From Candidatus Ryanbacteria bacterium CG10_big_fil_rev_8_21_14_0_10_43_42 (lineage in GTDB: Bacteria; Patescibacteriota; Minisyncoccia; Ryanbacterales; 2-02-FULL-48-12): 64,000 nucleotides of DNA. The stretch covers positions 24,697-88,696 of the forward strand of contig PFEF01000006.1 of assembly GCA_002793915.1 (NCBI GenBank). Direction: 5' to 3'. This document shows, piece after piece, positions 9,822-20,721 of the stretch; within the stretch, counting starts at the first letter, position 1; every line of letters starts with the position of its first letter. The position numbers and the translations under genes were made by a program. The notes under the pieces are model-generated. The model worked only from the letters and a program-made list of their open reading frames with translations, was not told where the DNA came from and made no database searches.

Positions 9822-10484
9822 ATGCGTATCAGTAAATATATTCATTCCTGCTTGCTGGTGGAGGAAGGGGGTGTAAAAATTCTTTTTGATCCGGGAACAT
9901 TTTCATTCAAAGAAGACCGTGTTTCTCCGTATGATTTTACGGAACTGTCTGCTGTATGTATTACCCATCAGCATGTGGACCATGTGGATATTGGGGCGCT
10001 TAAAATTATTATGGCGAATAACATACATGCCAAACTTTTTACGAATACGGGCGTGGCGCATATCCTTGCGTCCGAAGGCATAGAAGCGGAAATATATGAG
10101 GAGGGAGAAAAAAATATAGGGGGAGTGCGTATAGAAGCGTATTCCGCCGACCATGAGCCATTACTTACTCCCGTCCCGCATAATACGGCTTATATTATTA
10201 ATGGTACTTTTTTGCATCCCGGAGATTCATTGAACGTATCCTTGCATAAATATGCGGGGGTCTCCGTACTAGCTCTTCCTGTTACGGCGCCGTGGGCGGA
10301 TAAGGTGCGTATTGCAGAGTTTGGCGCGGCCATGCATCCTAAACATATTATTCCCATTCATGACGGATATGTGAAAGAATTTTTCTTAAGCATGCAATAT
10401 AAAGAGTTCGCGGCATATGTTAAAGATTATGGCAGTATGTTCCATTCCATAAATAATCCGGGAGAAGAGGTTATTATAGAATAA
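9822..10484 (+). CDS. metallo-beta-lactamase-fold hydrolase
   Basis: HSCLL, DPG, THQHVDH, HPGDS, IPIHD. Confidence 0.9.
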   Translation: MRISKYIHSCLLVEEGGVKILFDPGTFSFKEDRVSPYDFTELSAVCITHQHVDHVDIGALKIIMANNIHAKLFTNTGVAHILASEGIEAEIYEEGEKNIGGVRIEAYSADHEPLLTPVPHNTAYIINGTFLHPGDSLNVSLHKYAGVSVLALPVTAPWADKVRIAEFGAAMHPKHIIPIHDGYVKEFFLSMQYKEFAAYVKDYGSMFHSINNPGEEVIIE

Positions 10485-10522
10485 AAGAAAATAATAGTTA
10501 CCAGTATTAATATACCTATATT

Positions 10523-10804
10523 ATGTTACTTGAATTTTATGGTGAAGAATGTCCTCATTGTCAGGAGATGGATGCGCTCGTAAAAAAGCTGGAGGAAGAA
10601 ACCGGTGTGCGGGTGGAAACCTTTGAAACATGGCACAATACGGAGAATGCCCGTAAGATGGAAGAATATGACCGTGGACTCTGCGGAGGAGTACCGTTCT
10701 TTTTTAATACCGAGTCCGGAAATTTTATCTGCGGAGAAACATCGTATGAAAATTTAAAGCATTGGGCTGAAGAAAAATCTGCATTATCTTCAAAAAAGGA
10801 ATAA
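10523..10804 (+). CDS. thioredoxin-like protein
   Basis: FYGEECPHC active site and CGGVPFF cis-Pro loop. Confidence 0.85.
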   Translation: MLLEFYGEECPHCQEMDALVKKLEEETGVRVETFETWHNTENARKMEEYDRGLCGGVPFFFNTESGNFICGETSYENLKHWAEEKSALSSKKE

Positions 10805-10813
10805 GCATGTTTT

Positions 10814-11527
10814 ATGGATATATTTACATTTGCAACAAAAGAAGAGGCGGAGAAAAAAGCACGATTGGCGCTACGTAATGAGATTGTGACGCGATGGGGT
10901 ATGCAAATGCTGTTTTTAATTTCGGGAGGATCGGCCTTTGGTATATTGGCGGATTTGGACCGTAATTGTTTGGGAGAATTTCTTACTATAGGCATCCTTG
11001 ATGAACGGGCAGATAAACAAAAGGAGGTAAATAATTTCGCCCGGTTTATGAAAACGGATCTTTATGCCGAGTCATTGGTGAAGGGGGTTGAGTTTATCGA
11101 TACGCGACTTAGAGACGGAGAATCGGAGAAAGATCTTGCCGGAAGAATTGAGTTTAGTCTACAGAATTGGCGACATCGCAATAAAGAAGGATTTGTTCTT
11201 ATAACGCAGGGAATGGGAGCGGATGGTCATACGGCGGGTATTATGCCGTATCCGGAGGATCCGGAAACGTTTGCTAAACAGTTCGAAGATACGCATCATT
11301 GGACATGCGGATATAATACGGGGGAAAAAAGTAGTCATCCTCTGCGTGCTACGGTCACGATGCCTTTTTTGGAATGTGAGGTGGATGTGTCTATCGCTTA
11401 CATTGTCGGGAAAGAAAAACAAGAAGCATTTACGCGTCTTGTTGCGGAGAATGGTTCTTATGCTGAAACACCTGCACGTATTATGCGAAAGATGAAGCAT
11501 GTAAAAATATATACCGACCTAACATAG
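10814..11527 (+). CDS. pgl: 6-phosphogluconolactonase-like protein (NagB/Pgl fold)
   Basis: LISGGS, DER, GMGADGHTAGI, GKEK motifs. Confidence 0.7.
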   Translation: MDIFTFATKEEAEKKARLALRNEIVTRWGMQMLFLISGGSAFGILADLDRNCLGEFLTIGILDERADKQKEVNNFARFMKTDLYAESLVKGVEFIDTRLRDGESEKDLAGRIEFSLQNWRHRNKEGFVLITQGMGADGHTAGIMPYPEDPETFAKQFEDTHHWTCGYNTGEKSSHPLRATVTMPFLECEVDVSIAYIVGKEKQEAFTRLVAENGSYAETPARIMRKMKHVKIYTDLT

Positions 11528-11553
11528 TTCGTAAAAGAATGGGCGATTTATAT

Positions 11554-12081
11554 TTATTGCTCTACGATAAAAATATGAATTATATTATCGGTATCGTAAA
11601 TATTTTGTCCTTGTCCGTTGGGTCCGAATGATCCGACAACAACAGCATTTAGTACGGAAGGAGACGGGTCGATGTCATAATCCGTATCAAAGAAATACGG
11701 GTTTCCCCATGGATCGTTCTTTATGCTAGCCATATATGGTCCGCTCCATCCGCTATATGCTCCGTCTGTTGTAACAAGACCGGCGGCCGGAGTGGAAAGA
11801 TCCCAAATTTCATTATTGGGCGTTAGTTCTATGGCGTCGATTTTTTTGTGATTCGGCCATTCTCCGGTATCTTCCGACATTACGGTGATAGCGCGACGCA
11901 GTTGATTTACGGTTGTTTGAGCTTCCGCAAGACGCGCCTTTCCGCGAGCGTCTCGCAGGGAGGCAAACACAAACGAAAACAAAAGCGATATAATGGCGAT
12001 AATGGTGAGAAGTTCTATTAAGGTAAAACCCGCGCGACAGTTCTTTGGTGTACTGACACATCTTTTCATATTTGTTTTCAT
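11554..12081 (-). CDS. type IV pilin / GspG-like pseudopilin
   Basis: Prepilin motif AGFTLIELLTIIAII; WSGPYM...DPWGNPY; SFGPNG. Confidence 0.88.
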   Translation of the reverse strand: MKTNMKRCVSTPKNCRAGFTLIELLTIIAIISLLFSFVFASLRDARGKARLAEAQTTVNQLRRAITVMSEDTGEWPNHKKIDAIELTPNNEIWDLSTPAAGLVTTDGAYSGWSGPYMASIKNDPWGNPYFFDTDYDIDPSPSVLNAVVVGSFGPNGQGQNIYDTDNIIHIFIVEQ

Positions 12082-12196
12082 GTCCCTTAAGTATATGATA
12101 TATACGGTTTATATGCCTGTGGAAAAGTATGTACATAAATGATATCATGGCCGTATAAAAGAGTTGTGGTGCTATTATTTAATAACTCTCATATAT

Positions 12197-12967
12197 ATGC
12201 CAGAATTTCTCATTAGCTTAGTAATAGGTATCGCTGTATTTGTTGCTATATTGCGGCAAATAAATCAATATCAACGTGGTGTTATGTTCACTATGGGGCG
12301 ATTTACCGGCATTAAAGAGCCGGGGTGGCGTTTGGTGATTCCCGTATTTCAGTTTATGCGCAAGGTGGATATGCGTGTGAATGTTATTGATGTGCCGGAT
12401 CAGGAAGCCATTACCAAGGATAATATTTCTATTCGGGTAAATGCCGTCGTATACTTTAAGGTGCATGATGCACGTGCGGCAATTATTGAAATTACAAATT
12501 ACATGTTTGCCATATCACAACTTGCGCAGACAACCATGAGAGATATCGTAGGAGAGGTTGAGCTGGATGAACTCTTGGCGAATCGCGATGAAATCTCCAA
12601 AAAAATAAAAGGCATTGTGGACACGGCAACGGATCCGTGGGGTATTACGGTGGTATCGGTTGATCTAAAACATATTGAGCTTCCGGAGGATATGAAGCGA
12701 ACCATTAGCAAGCAAGCAGAAGCGGAACGAGAGCGGCGGGCAGTCATTATAAAGGCGCAGGGTGAAGTTGCCGCGGCCACCGATATGGCACGTGCCGCTG
12801 AAATATTAGCAAGCACACCGGGAGCGTTGCATTTGCGCTCACTTCAGTCGTTGAACGATATTAGTTCGGATCAATCAAATACCATCGTTTTTGCCGTGCC
12901 GCTTGAAGTACTGCGTGCTTTCGAAGCGCTCTCCCAGGTAAATAAAAACAATAAAAAAGACGAATAA
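12197..12967 (+). CDS. SPFH/stomatin (slipin) family protein
   Basis: QEAITKDNISIRVNAVVYF, AQTTMRDIVG, QAEAERERRA. Confidence 0.92.
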   Translation: MPEFLISLVIGIAVFVAILRQINQYQRGVMFTMGRFTGIKEPGWRLVIPVFQFMRKVDMRVNVIDVPDQEAITKDNISIRVNAVVYFKVHDARAAIIEITNYMFAISQLAQTTMRDIVGEVELDELLANRDEISKKIKGIVDTATDPWGITVVSVDLKHIELPEDMKRTISKQAEAERERRAVIIKAQGEVAAATDMARAAEILASTPGALHLRSLQSLNDISSDQSNTIVFAVPLEVLRAFEALSQVNKNNKKDE

Positions 12968-12974
12968 TAATGAG

Positions 12975-13006
12975 AAAAAGCAGAGGGACGTCTACCTCTG
13001 CTTTTT
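12975..13006 (+). terminator. intrinsic terminator
   Basis: AAAAAGCAGAGG...CCTCTGCTTTTT. Confidence 0.75.
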
Positions 13007-13037
13007 GTAATGTTTTTTACAAGGGGTCGGTATTGTT

Positions 13038-14831
13038 ATGTATCCAATACGTGATTATTTTTTAATAGGTGATTTACATACCGCCGCACTGGTATCCAGG
13101 AAAGGGTCCATTGACTGGTTTTGTTTGCCACACTTTGATTCTTCCAGTATGTTTGGAAGAATGCTTGATGAGGACGGAGGTACATTTGCCTTAATGGAAG
13201 AGGGTGCGGATATGGAATCGCGATATATTTCGGATACGGCTACCGTAGAGCATTATGTTAGATACAATTCTGCGGAATATACATTACACGATTTTATGGT
13301 GCCGCAACCGGTAAATATATGCAAAAGTCATTTTCTTATTCGGAAGATAACGGGCATTACGGGAAAAACCGATGTATCGTTTTTATTTGATCCTCATCCG
13401 GATTACGGAAGGAAAGAAGCGATTATAGAAGAAAAAGAAGGGATGCTTATTTGTGCACTGGAAGGAAGTTTTTTAATATTACATTTGCCCATCCACGCGG
13501 AGGTTATAAAAAAAGCGAGGGGATATGAAATAATATGTCATGTTTCAAAAGGAGATGAACGGGCGCTTGTTCTTGAATACGGATCTCATCCGGACGCGGC
13601 ATATGCGGGACAGGATTTTGAGAAGGTAACAAATCAATTTTGGAAAACGTGGGTGGAGCAGGGGGTATTTTTCACATTCTGTCGTGACCAATTGGTACGT
13701 TCGGCAATTACACTTAAATTGATGCAATTTTATCCTACGGGAGCTATTGTAGCCGCTCCCACAACATCACTACCGGAACACATGGGAGGTGAACGCAATT
13801 GGGATTACCGATATGTGTGGATTAGGGATGCCACTTTTGCATTGTATGCCTTGTATGTACTTGGGTATACGGAGGAAGCTGTTAAGTTTTTTGAGTTCAT
13901 AGAGGGCGTTGCAAGAGAATGCGAAGATTGCGATATTACCATTCATCTTATGTACACAATTCATGGCCGTCCCGTTCCGGAGGAAGAAATACTTTCTCAC
14001 TGGAGCGGATATCAAGATGCATACCCCGTTCGTATCGGTAACGGCGCTAAAGATCAGTTTCAGTTGGATATTTATGGATCTTTAATTGATGCGCATTATT
14101 TCATGGCGGGACGCGGTGTGAAGCTTACAGAAATGAGCAGAGATATTATTTTACATATGGTAGAGCAAATACAGAAACATTGGCAATTGCCGGATAACGG
14201 TATTTGGGAAGTGCGTAGCGGACCTAAGCATTTTTCATATTCAAAAGCCATGGCTTGGGTTGGTATTGATCGCGCTTTATTACTTGCCGATGTGCTCGGT
14301 GTTTCCGATGAAAAGAAAAAAGAATGGGATCATCTGCAAAAAGATATTCGTCAGTGGGTATGGGATAATTGCTATGATACCGAACGGAATATTCTTTTTC
14401 AGCATAGTAAAACGGACAAGCAGGATGCCACTAATTTTTTATTGATTCCTCTTAAATTTTTAAATAAGCATGATATATCTACGAAGAATATTATGCAAAA
14501 TACCGCCCGTGAATTGGTAATGAACGATATATTTGTTGATAGATATCATACATACGATGCCTTAAAGGGAGACGAAGGAGCCTTTGTCCTTTCTTCATTT
14601 TGGTATTTTTCAGCACTTGCTATTTTAGGAGAAACTGAAAAGGCGCATCGTTTGTTTGAAAAATTCTCCACCTATATAAATTGGAACGGCCTTCTCTCTG
14701 AAGAAATTGACGAACGCACGGGAGAATATTTAGGAAACTATCCCCAGGCATTTTCACATATGGGTTACATTATGACGGCATATTATTTACAAAAATATGC
14801 GCATAATGCTAGAGTAAAACCAGAAAAATAA
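13038..14831 (+). CDS. glycoside hydrolase family 15 (trehalase/glucoamylase-like)
   Basis: IGDLHTAALV...IDWFCLPHFDS, GAIVAAPTTSLPE, NWDYRYVWIRD, QLDIYG, GIWEVR, GNYPQAFSH. Confidence 0.92.
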   Translation: MYPIRDYFLIGDLHTAALVSRKGSIDWFCLPHFDSSSMFGRMLDEDGGTFALMEEGADMESRYISDTATVEHYVRYNSAEYTLHDFMVPQPVNICKSHFLIRKITGITGKTDVSFLFDPHPDYGRKEAIIEEKEGMLICALEGSFLILHLPIHAEVIKKARGYEIICHVSKGDERALVLEYGSHPDAAYAGQDFEKVTNQFWKTWVEQGVFFTFCRDQLVRSAITLKLMQFYPTGAIVAAPTTSLPEHMGGERNWDYRYVWIRDATFALYALYVLGYTEEAVKFFEFIEGVARECEDCDITIHLMYTIHGRPVPEEEILSHWSGYQDAYPVRIGNGAKDQFQLDIYGSLIDAHYFMAGRGVKLTEMSRDIILHMVEQIQKHWQLPDNGIWEVRSGPKHFSYSKAMAWVGIDRALLLADVLGVSDEKKKEWDHLQKDIRQWVWDNCYDTERNILFQHSKTDKQDATNFLLIPLKFLNKHDISTKNIMQNTARELVMNDIFVDRYHTYDALKGDEGAFVLSSFWYFSALAILGETEKAHRLFEKFSTYINWNGLLSEEIDERTGEYLGNYPQAFSHMGYIMTAYYLQKYAHNARVKPEK

Positions 14832-14848
14832 GGCGTAAGGAGGATATT

Positions 14849-15313
14849 ATGTCATTTGGAAGAATACGCCGTACTTGCGGTATGATTATTGTTTCGCCGG
14901 AATTTTTCCCGAAAGGGGGCGATTGTTGGGAAGAAAATGAGGGGATGTTTCTTTCCCTGGATACCGTTGCGAGAGTGTGTCGCTGTTTATGGGTGGAAGA
15001 GGAACGTACGAAAATTCCCGATGCTTTTAATGGGGATCTTACTGTTCTTAAAAAAGAATTTTATACGCAATTCACGGAACGTCATTACAGAATTATCCTT
15101 CTTGGCGGTGATGAGTATGATTTTGTTTCCATGGTTCAAAAAATGAATATTATATCCGTACCGGATAATTTTAGAACACTACTTGCAAGGAATGATATAG
15201 AATATAATATAGTCCAGCGTGTTTGTATGCATCCCGGGGATATGGTAATTCGTCTGACGGAATCACCTGAGATATCGGGATGGTACATTGCAAAAAAAGA
15301 CAGGTATGGTTAG
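14849..15313 (+). CDS. hypothetical protein
   Basis: 154-aa ORF, AAGGAGG SD, downstream hairpin AAAGGGTC...GACCCTTTTT. Confidence 0.6.
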   Translation: MSFGRIRRTCGMIIVSPEFFPKGGDCWEENEGMFLSLDTVARVCRCLWVEEERTKIPDAFNGDLTVLKKEFYTQFTERHYRIILLGGDEYDFVSMVQKMNIISVPDNFRTLLARNDIEYNIVQRVCMHPGDMVIRLTESPEISGWYIAKKDRYG

Positions 15314-15381
15314 TGGCACGCGGATGTATAAAGGATCAAGAGGGTTTTTAAAGGGTCTTTACGACCCTTTTTTATAAGATT

Positions 15382-16698
15382 ATGAACCGTGAAAAGATAA
15401 AAATTACTATAGAAAACATGTCCTGGGGCGGTGACGGTATTGGATATGAGCAGGGAAAAGAGGTACATGTTGCGGGTGTGCTACCGGGCGAAGTGGTAGA
15501 GGTTCTGCCCTACAAGAAACGGGGCGGTGTTTTGCATGCACATCTCTTACAGGTAGAGGATGCGTCTCCCGATAGGCGAGATCCGAAAGAGGAATATTAT
15601 TATCGTACGGGCAGTCCGTGGCAATGCATACCGTATGAGAAGCAACTCGCATACAAAAAAGAGCTATTGATACGCAATTGGTATCGTGATACCGGCGGAT
15701 TACCGAGTAATGAAGTTTCCATAGAAAGAAGTTTTTATGAGTGGGGATATAGAAATAAATTAGAGTTTAGCTTTGATGAAGGGCATTTGGCGTTTCATGT
15801 ACGCGGGCGCCGGTATGATATGCAAAGAGTTGCCGGCAGTGTATTGGGAAACGAAAAAATGAACGAATGCGCGCAGGTTATCGTGCGGGAGATTAGGAAG
15901 AAAAAAATACCGTCGCATATTCTTAAATCACTCGTCATACGTTATAGTTTTCTGGAAGATACTTGCATTGCGGTTTTGTATGTAAAAAACAAAAACGGAG
16001 CAGATAACATTCGCATCGAGCACATGCTCTTTAACGAAAAAAAATCCGGAGGATTTTATGTTGTATATTCCGATCCGCGTTCTCCTGCGTCCGTGGCAAC
16101 GGAGGTAGTATATCGTAACGGAAGCGAATATATAGAGGAGCAGGTGGGAAATAATATATTTTCCTATCACTATAATTCCTTTTTCCAGGTAAATCCCTCT
16201 GCGTTTGGATCCGTGTTGGAGGATATGCGCTTACATGCATGTTCGGGAGGATATGCGGCTGATATGTATGCCGGTGTGGGGACTATCGGTATTTCTCTTG
16301 CCGGCATGTTTGAGGGGATGTATTTTATTGAATCGGATGTATATGCACGGGAAATGATACAAAAAAACGGCACGCGTGCCATGCCCGAGGCTCAATGTTT
16401 GAAAAATGGGGATACGATTGTGGGAGATGCGGAAAGGCAAGATTTGCGGACACTCTTGCAAAAAACGGATACGGTTATTATCGATCCGCCACGAAGCGGA
16501 TTGCATCCTCGTGTGATGAAGTACTTTATGGAATCACCACCACGTCAGATTATCTATGTATCGTGCAACCCTAAAACGCAGGCACGTGATTGGCGTATAT
16601 TTCGGGATCTTTATACGACATCCCATTGGCGGTTGTATGATTTATATCCACAGACACCTCATGTAGAGAGTATGTTAATACTTTCACGAATAGAGTAA
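15382..16698 (+). CDS. RNA (uracil-5)-methyltransferase, RlmD/TrmA family with TRAM domain
   Basis: GVLPGEVV, YRNKLEFSF, SFFQVN, DMYAGVGTIG, DPPRSG, YVSCNP, YPQTPHVE. Confidence 0.9.
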   Translation: MNREKIKITIENMSWGGDGIGYEQGKEVHVAGVLPGEVVEVLPYKKRGGVLHAHLLQVEDASPDRRDPKEEYYYRTGSPWQCIPYEKQLAYKKELLIRNWYRDTGGLPSNEVSIERSFYEWGYRNKLEFSFDEGHLAFHVRGRRYDMQRVAGSVLGNEKMNECAQVIVREIRKKKIPSHILKSLVIRYSFLEDTCIAVLYVKNKNGADNIRIEHMLFNEKKSGGFYVVYSDPRSPASVATEVVYRNGSEYIEEQVGNNIFSYHYNSFFQVNPSAFGSVLEDMRLHACSGGYAADMYAGVGTIGISLAGMFEGMYFIESDVYAREMIQKNGTRAMPEAQCLKNGDTIVGDAERQDLRTLLQKTDTVIIDPPRSGLHPRVMKYFMESPPRQIIYVSCNPKTQARDWRIFRDLYTTSHWRLYDLYPQTPHVESMLILSRIE

Positions 16699-16739
16699 AC
16701 TACTTATAGTAGTTATCTATATTAGAATAGTAATGTAAT

Positions 16740-17171
16740 ATGTCAAAAAGTATTCTTGTATTGTTACGTATTTCTCTCGGATGGCTTATGTTGTATGCGG
16801 GCATTACAAAAGTTCTCAATCCTGATTGGTCTGCGGCGGGATATTTGGCGGGCGCAAAGACATTTTCCGGCTTTTATGGTTGGCTTGCGGGCGGGGATAT
16901 TTTGCCATTCATTAATATTATGAATGAATGGGGACTTACGCTTTTGGGAATATCACTTATTGCAGGTGTATTTGTGCGGTGGAGTGCTCCACTGGGGGCG
17001 CTTTTAATGTTACTGTATTATATTCCTACTCTTGCGTTTCCCATGGTGGGAGATCATTCCTATATTGTTGATGATCATATTATTTATGCATTGGTTCTTC
17101 TCTATTTTTCAGCTGTCGGTGCCGGGAACGTATGGGGAATTGACGGATGGCTTAGAAACAGGAATCAGTAA
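16740..17171 (+). CDS. DoxX family membrane protein
   Basis: LLRISLGWLMLYAGITKV...WSAAGYL...GIDG. Confidence 0.85.
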   Translation: MSKSILVLLRISLGWLMLYAGITKVLNPDWSAAGYLAGAKTFSGFYGWLAGGDILPFINIMNEWGLTLLGISLIAGVFVRWSAPLGALLMLLYYIPTLAFPMVGDHSYIVDDHIIYALVLLYFSAVGAGNVWGIDGWLRNRNQ

Positions 17172-17185
17172 AGTGCTATAAACGG

Positions 17186-17217
17186 AAAAACTGCATGAAT
17201 ATCCATGCAGTTTTTTT
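17186..17217 (+). terminator. intrinsic terminator
   Basis: AAAAACTGCATG...CATGCAGTTTTTTT. Confidence 0.8.
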
Positions 17218-17272
17218 GTAGAGAAGTGTTGACTTTCAACGGCTTTATGGGTATATATAGACATACATCTAT

Positions 17273-18673
17273 ATGAAAAAAGATGCTTTTTATACACCAA
17301 ATAGAGAGCGGTATGATACTGCCGATGAGGCGCGAAACAAATATCGCGCTGATTTGGGTGTGACGGAACATTTAGTGCGGGAGATCTCCCGGCAAAAGAA
17401 CGAACCGGAGTGGATGCTTGAAAAGCGTCTTCGGGCATTTGCTCTTTATAAAGAATGCCCCTTGCCTTCATGGGGTCCGGATTTATCGGGATTGGAACTT
17501 GATAAAATAACATATTTTGTGCGTCCTGACGCAAAGGAATCACGATCGTGGGAAGATGTACCGGAAGATATCCGTACAACATTTAATAAATTAGGTATTC
17601 CGGAAGCTGAACAAAATGCGTTGGGTGGCGTTGGTGCGCAATATGATTCTGATATTGTTTATCATAATCTTAAGGAAGAGTGGGAACGGGAAGGGGTTAT
17701 TTTTGAGAATATGGATACGGCTGTTCATAAGTATCCGGAGTATGTAAAGGAATACTTTATGACAAGATGTGTACCCATCAATGATCATAAGTTTGTTATG
17801 TTGCATGCGGCTGTATGGTCGGGAGGTACATTTATCTACGTTCCTCCGGGCGTAAAGGTTACCGTTCCCTTGCAGGCGTATTTTCGTATGAATGCGGAGC
17901 GCGGGGGGCAATTTGAACATACACTTATTATTGCGGATAAGGGGTCAGAGGTTTCGTATATTGAAGGATGTTCCGCGCCGCGCTATCAGACAAGCGCTTT
18001 GCATGCCGGTTGTGTTGAGCTTTTTGTAAACGAAGATGCAACCATTCGATATTCGAGCATAGAAAATTGGAGCCGTAATACGTATAACCTTAATACGAAA
18101 CGAGCATTGGTGGAAAGAAACGGAAGAATTGAATGGGTGAATGGTAATATGGGTTCGGGAATAACTATGTTATATCCATCCAGTATATTAGCGGGAGAAG
18201 GTGCTCACAGTGAAAGTTTGGGTATCGCGTTTGCCGGTGCAGGGCAGAATCAGGATACGGGATCAAAGGTGGTTCACGTGGTACCGAATACATCATCCGT
18301 TATTCGGGCGAAGAGCATATCTCGAAAGGGGGGTACGGCAACGTATCGCGGACTCGTGCGTGTTGGAAAGCGAGCTACGGGAACGAAAAGCAGTGTTGTA
18401 TGTGACGCTCTTATGATAGAAGATGAATCCGTATCGCATACCTATCCGTTTATGAAAGTAGAAAATAAAAATGTTTCGGTGACGCATGAAGCGCGGGCGG
18501 GAAAAATAGGTGAGGAGGAGTTATTTTATGCGCAAAGCCGCGGTCTTACCGAAGAGCAGGCAATCAAAATGATTGTGGGCGGTTTTGTGAGTGATATATC
18601 AAAAAAATTACCCCTGGAATATGCGGTCGAATTTAATCGACTTATAGATTTGGAAATGGAGGGCGTTAATTAA
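17273..18673 (+). CDS. sufB: Fe-S cluster assembly protein SufB
   Basis: WSGGTFIYVP, PLQAYFRMN, GQFEHTLII, YIEGCSAP, CDAL, HEA; upstream TTGACT-17-TATATA promoter. Confidence 0.95.
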   Translation: MKKDAFYTPNRERYDTADEARNKYRADLGVTEHLVREISRQKNEPEWMLEKRLRAFALYKECPLPSWGPDLSGLELDKITYFVRPDAKESRSWEDVPEDIRTTFNKLGIPEAEQNALGGVGAQYDSDIVYHNLKEEWEREGVIFENMDTAVHKYPEYVKEYFMTRCVPINDHKFVMLHAAVWSGGTFIYVPPGVKVTVPLQAYFRMNAERGGQFEHTLIIADKGSEVSYIEGCSAPRYQTSALHAGCVELFVNEDATIRYSSIENWSRNTYNLNTKRALVERNGRIEWVNGNMGSGITMLYPSSILAGEGAHSESLGIAFAGAGQNQDTGSKVVHVVPNTSSVIRAKSISRKGGTATYRGLVRVGKRATGTKSSVVCDALMIEDESVSHTYPFMKVENKNVSVTHEARAGKIGEEELFYAQSRGLTEEQAIKMIVGGFVSDISKKLPLEYAVEFNRLIDLEMEGVN

Positions 18674-18685
18674 GCAAGCGATATA

Positions 18686-19510
18686 ATGCATAAGGAAAAA
18701 AATACAGACAAAAAGGAAATAGTATCCCATTACGGTATTGGAATCTTTTCGGTAATGCCGCAGGATATAGTACATGCCGATATGGAAATACCAAGCATAA
18801 AAGTCTCAAAAGGGGTTGTCGTGGTGCGAAATAAAAAAGGTATTCACATAACGGTAAAAAAAGAGAATGTAGCGGAAATAGAAATAGTAAACGATACAGA
18901 TGTTTCCGCAAACAGTACTATGGATGTGTTCGTGGAAGAAGGAGCGAATGTCCGGATTCGGCGGCGATATGCGCCAGGGGCACCTTCCTTGCATACGGAG
19001 CGCTATACACTTGAACGCAATGCTTCTTTGCGTATGGAGCGTATTGTAGAAACGGTTGTATTTTTACGTGTTTTGCACGAAGTAATTCTTGCGGGAGATA
19101 ATGCGTCATATAGCCTCATAGGGCGCAATACCGTTTCGGGCGCGAGTACATTTGATAGTGAGGAAAGTATTTTGCACAGGGGCAGGAACACAACCTCTTC
19201 CATAGAAGAGAGGCATGTCGTAAAAGATAAGGCAAAACTCATTTGGCGCGGAAGAACACGTGTGTTACAGGAGGCGAAAGAATCTATGGTAAGTCAAATA
19301 TCGCGCACGCTTCTTATGAATGATGAGACGGAAGCGGATACTGTTCCTATGGTGGAGCTTTTCACGCACAATGTACGTGCTTGTCATGCCGCCACAACAA
19401 CAACGCTGGATCCAGAGCAGGTGTTTTATCTTACAAGTCGTGGTATGTCTGATAAAGATGCGGAAAAACAGATTATAGAAGGATTTTTAAAAGTAATGCC
19501 AACACTATGA
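18686..19510 (+). CDS. sufD: SufD-like Fe-S assembly protein (short)
   Basis: C-terminal beta-helix segment, HAAT...DPEQVFYLTSRGM; position in suf operon. Confidence 0.8.
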   Translation: MHKEKNTDKKEIVSHYGIGIFSVMPQDIVHADMEIPSIKVSKGVVVVRNKKGIHITVKKENVAEIEIVNDTDVSANSTMDVFVEEGANVRIRRRYAPGAPSLHTERYTLERNASLRMERIVETVVFLRVLHEVILAGDNASYSLIGRNTVSGASTFDSEESILHRGRNTTSSIEERHVVKDKAKLIWRGRTRVLQEAKESMVSQISRTLLMNDETEADTVPMVELFTHNVRACHAATTTTLDPEQVFYLTSRGMSDKDAEKQIIEGFLKVMPTL

Positions 19511-20721
19511 ATATATCAGATATAAAAAAAGATTTTCCGATATTTACAACCAATCCCGATCTTATATTTCTTGATAGTGCGGCCACCGCTCAAGTTCCCC
19601 GGCAGGTAACGGACGTCATGAATGAGTATTATCATTCATTTAAGGCAAATGTGCATAGCGGTATATATCCCATAGGCGTGCGTGCAGTCGAGGAATATGA
19701 AAAAGCGCGGCATACCGTAGCTTCGTTTATTGACGCCGATCAGGAGGAAATTGTTTTTACGGGAGGAGCCACTACTGCTTTAAATATGATATCCCGTATG
19801 CTTGCGGGCGGTATAAAAGAAGGAGATGAAATAGTGGTGACGGATCTGGAGCATCACAGCAACTTTATTCCGTGGCAACAACTTGCTCGGGTGGCAGGCG
19901 CGCACCTACGCAGTATACCTATAAAGCAGGATGGGACTATTTCTTTGGATGACGTGCAAGACATAATTACCGAAAAAACAAAAATAGTTGCCGTAACACA
20001 TGTGTCTCAAACATTAGGAACTTATGTGCCAGTGAAGGATATTTGTCGTATGGCGCGGAAAGTGGGGGCATATTCGGTTGTTGATGCGGCGCAAAGCGTG
20101 CCTCATATGCCGGTATCGGTACGGGATATAGATTGCGATTTTCTTGTTATAAGCGGACATAAGGTTGCGGGACCTACGGGCGTCGGTGTTTTATACGGTA
20201 AAAAAGAGGTTTTGCATTCTTTGGAGCCGGTTGTATTTGGCGGTGGCATGATTCGATCCGTTTCCGTTGAAGAATCTTTGTGGGCAGACATACCGGCAAA
20301 ATTTGAAGCGGGAACACTGCCGGTTGCCGAAGCTCTTGGTCTTGCTTCAGCTATGGATTACCTAAGCGGTATTGGTATGGACGTTATAAAAAAACATGAG
20401 AATGACATAACGCATTACGCGCTCTCGGAATTAAAAGCTCTTTCCGGTGTAACGCTGTTTGGTCCGGGAGATGCTGACAAACAAGGCGGTATTATTTCAT
20501 TTCTTGTGTCCGGCGTGCATCCGCATGATACGGCCGAAATTTTAGCCAAAAATGGTATAGCGGTGCGTGCGGGGCATCATTGCGCTATGCCACTCATGAA
20601 GAAATTGGATGTATCAGGTACCGTACGCGTAAGTTTTTACATCTACAATACGCGGGAAGATGTTGATGCGCTTATAAAAGGAATAAAAGATGTAAAACAT
20701 ATATTTTCTAAGAATGTATAA
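19507..20721 (+). CDS. sufS: cysteine desulfurase SufS
   Basis: FLDSAATAQ, EHHSN, SGHK (PLP lysine), RAGHHCA. Confidence 0.95.
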   Translation: MNISDIKKDFPIFTTNPDLIFLDSAATAQVPRQVTDVMNEYYHSFKANVHSGIYPIGVRAVEEYEKARHTVASFIDADQEEIVFTGGATTALNMISRMLAGGIKEGDEIVVTDLEHHSNFIPWQQLARVAGAHLRSIPIKQDGTISLDDVQDIITEKTKIVAVTHVSQTLGTYVPVKDICRMARKVGAYSVVDAAQSVPHMPVSVRDIDCDFLVISGHKVAGPTGVGVLYGKKEVLHSLEPVVFGGGMIRSVSVEESLWADIPAKFEAGTLPVAEALGLASAMDYLSGIGMDVIKKHENDITHYALSELKALSGVTLFGPGDADKQGGIISFLVSGVHPHDTAEILAKNGIAVRAGHHCAMPLMKKLDVSGTVRVSFYIYNTREDVDALIKGIKDVKHIFSKNV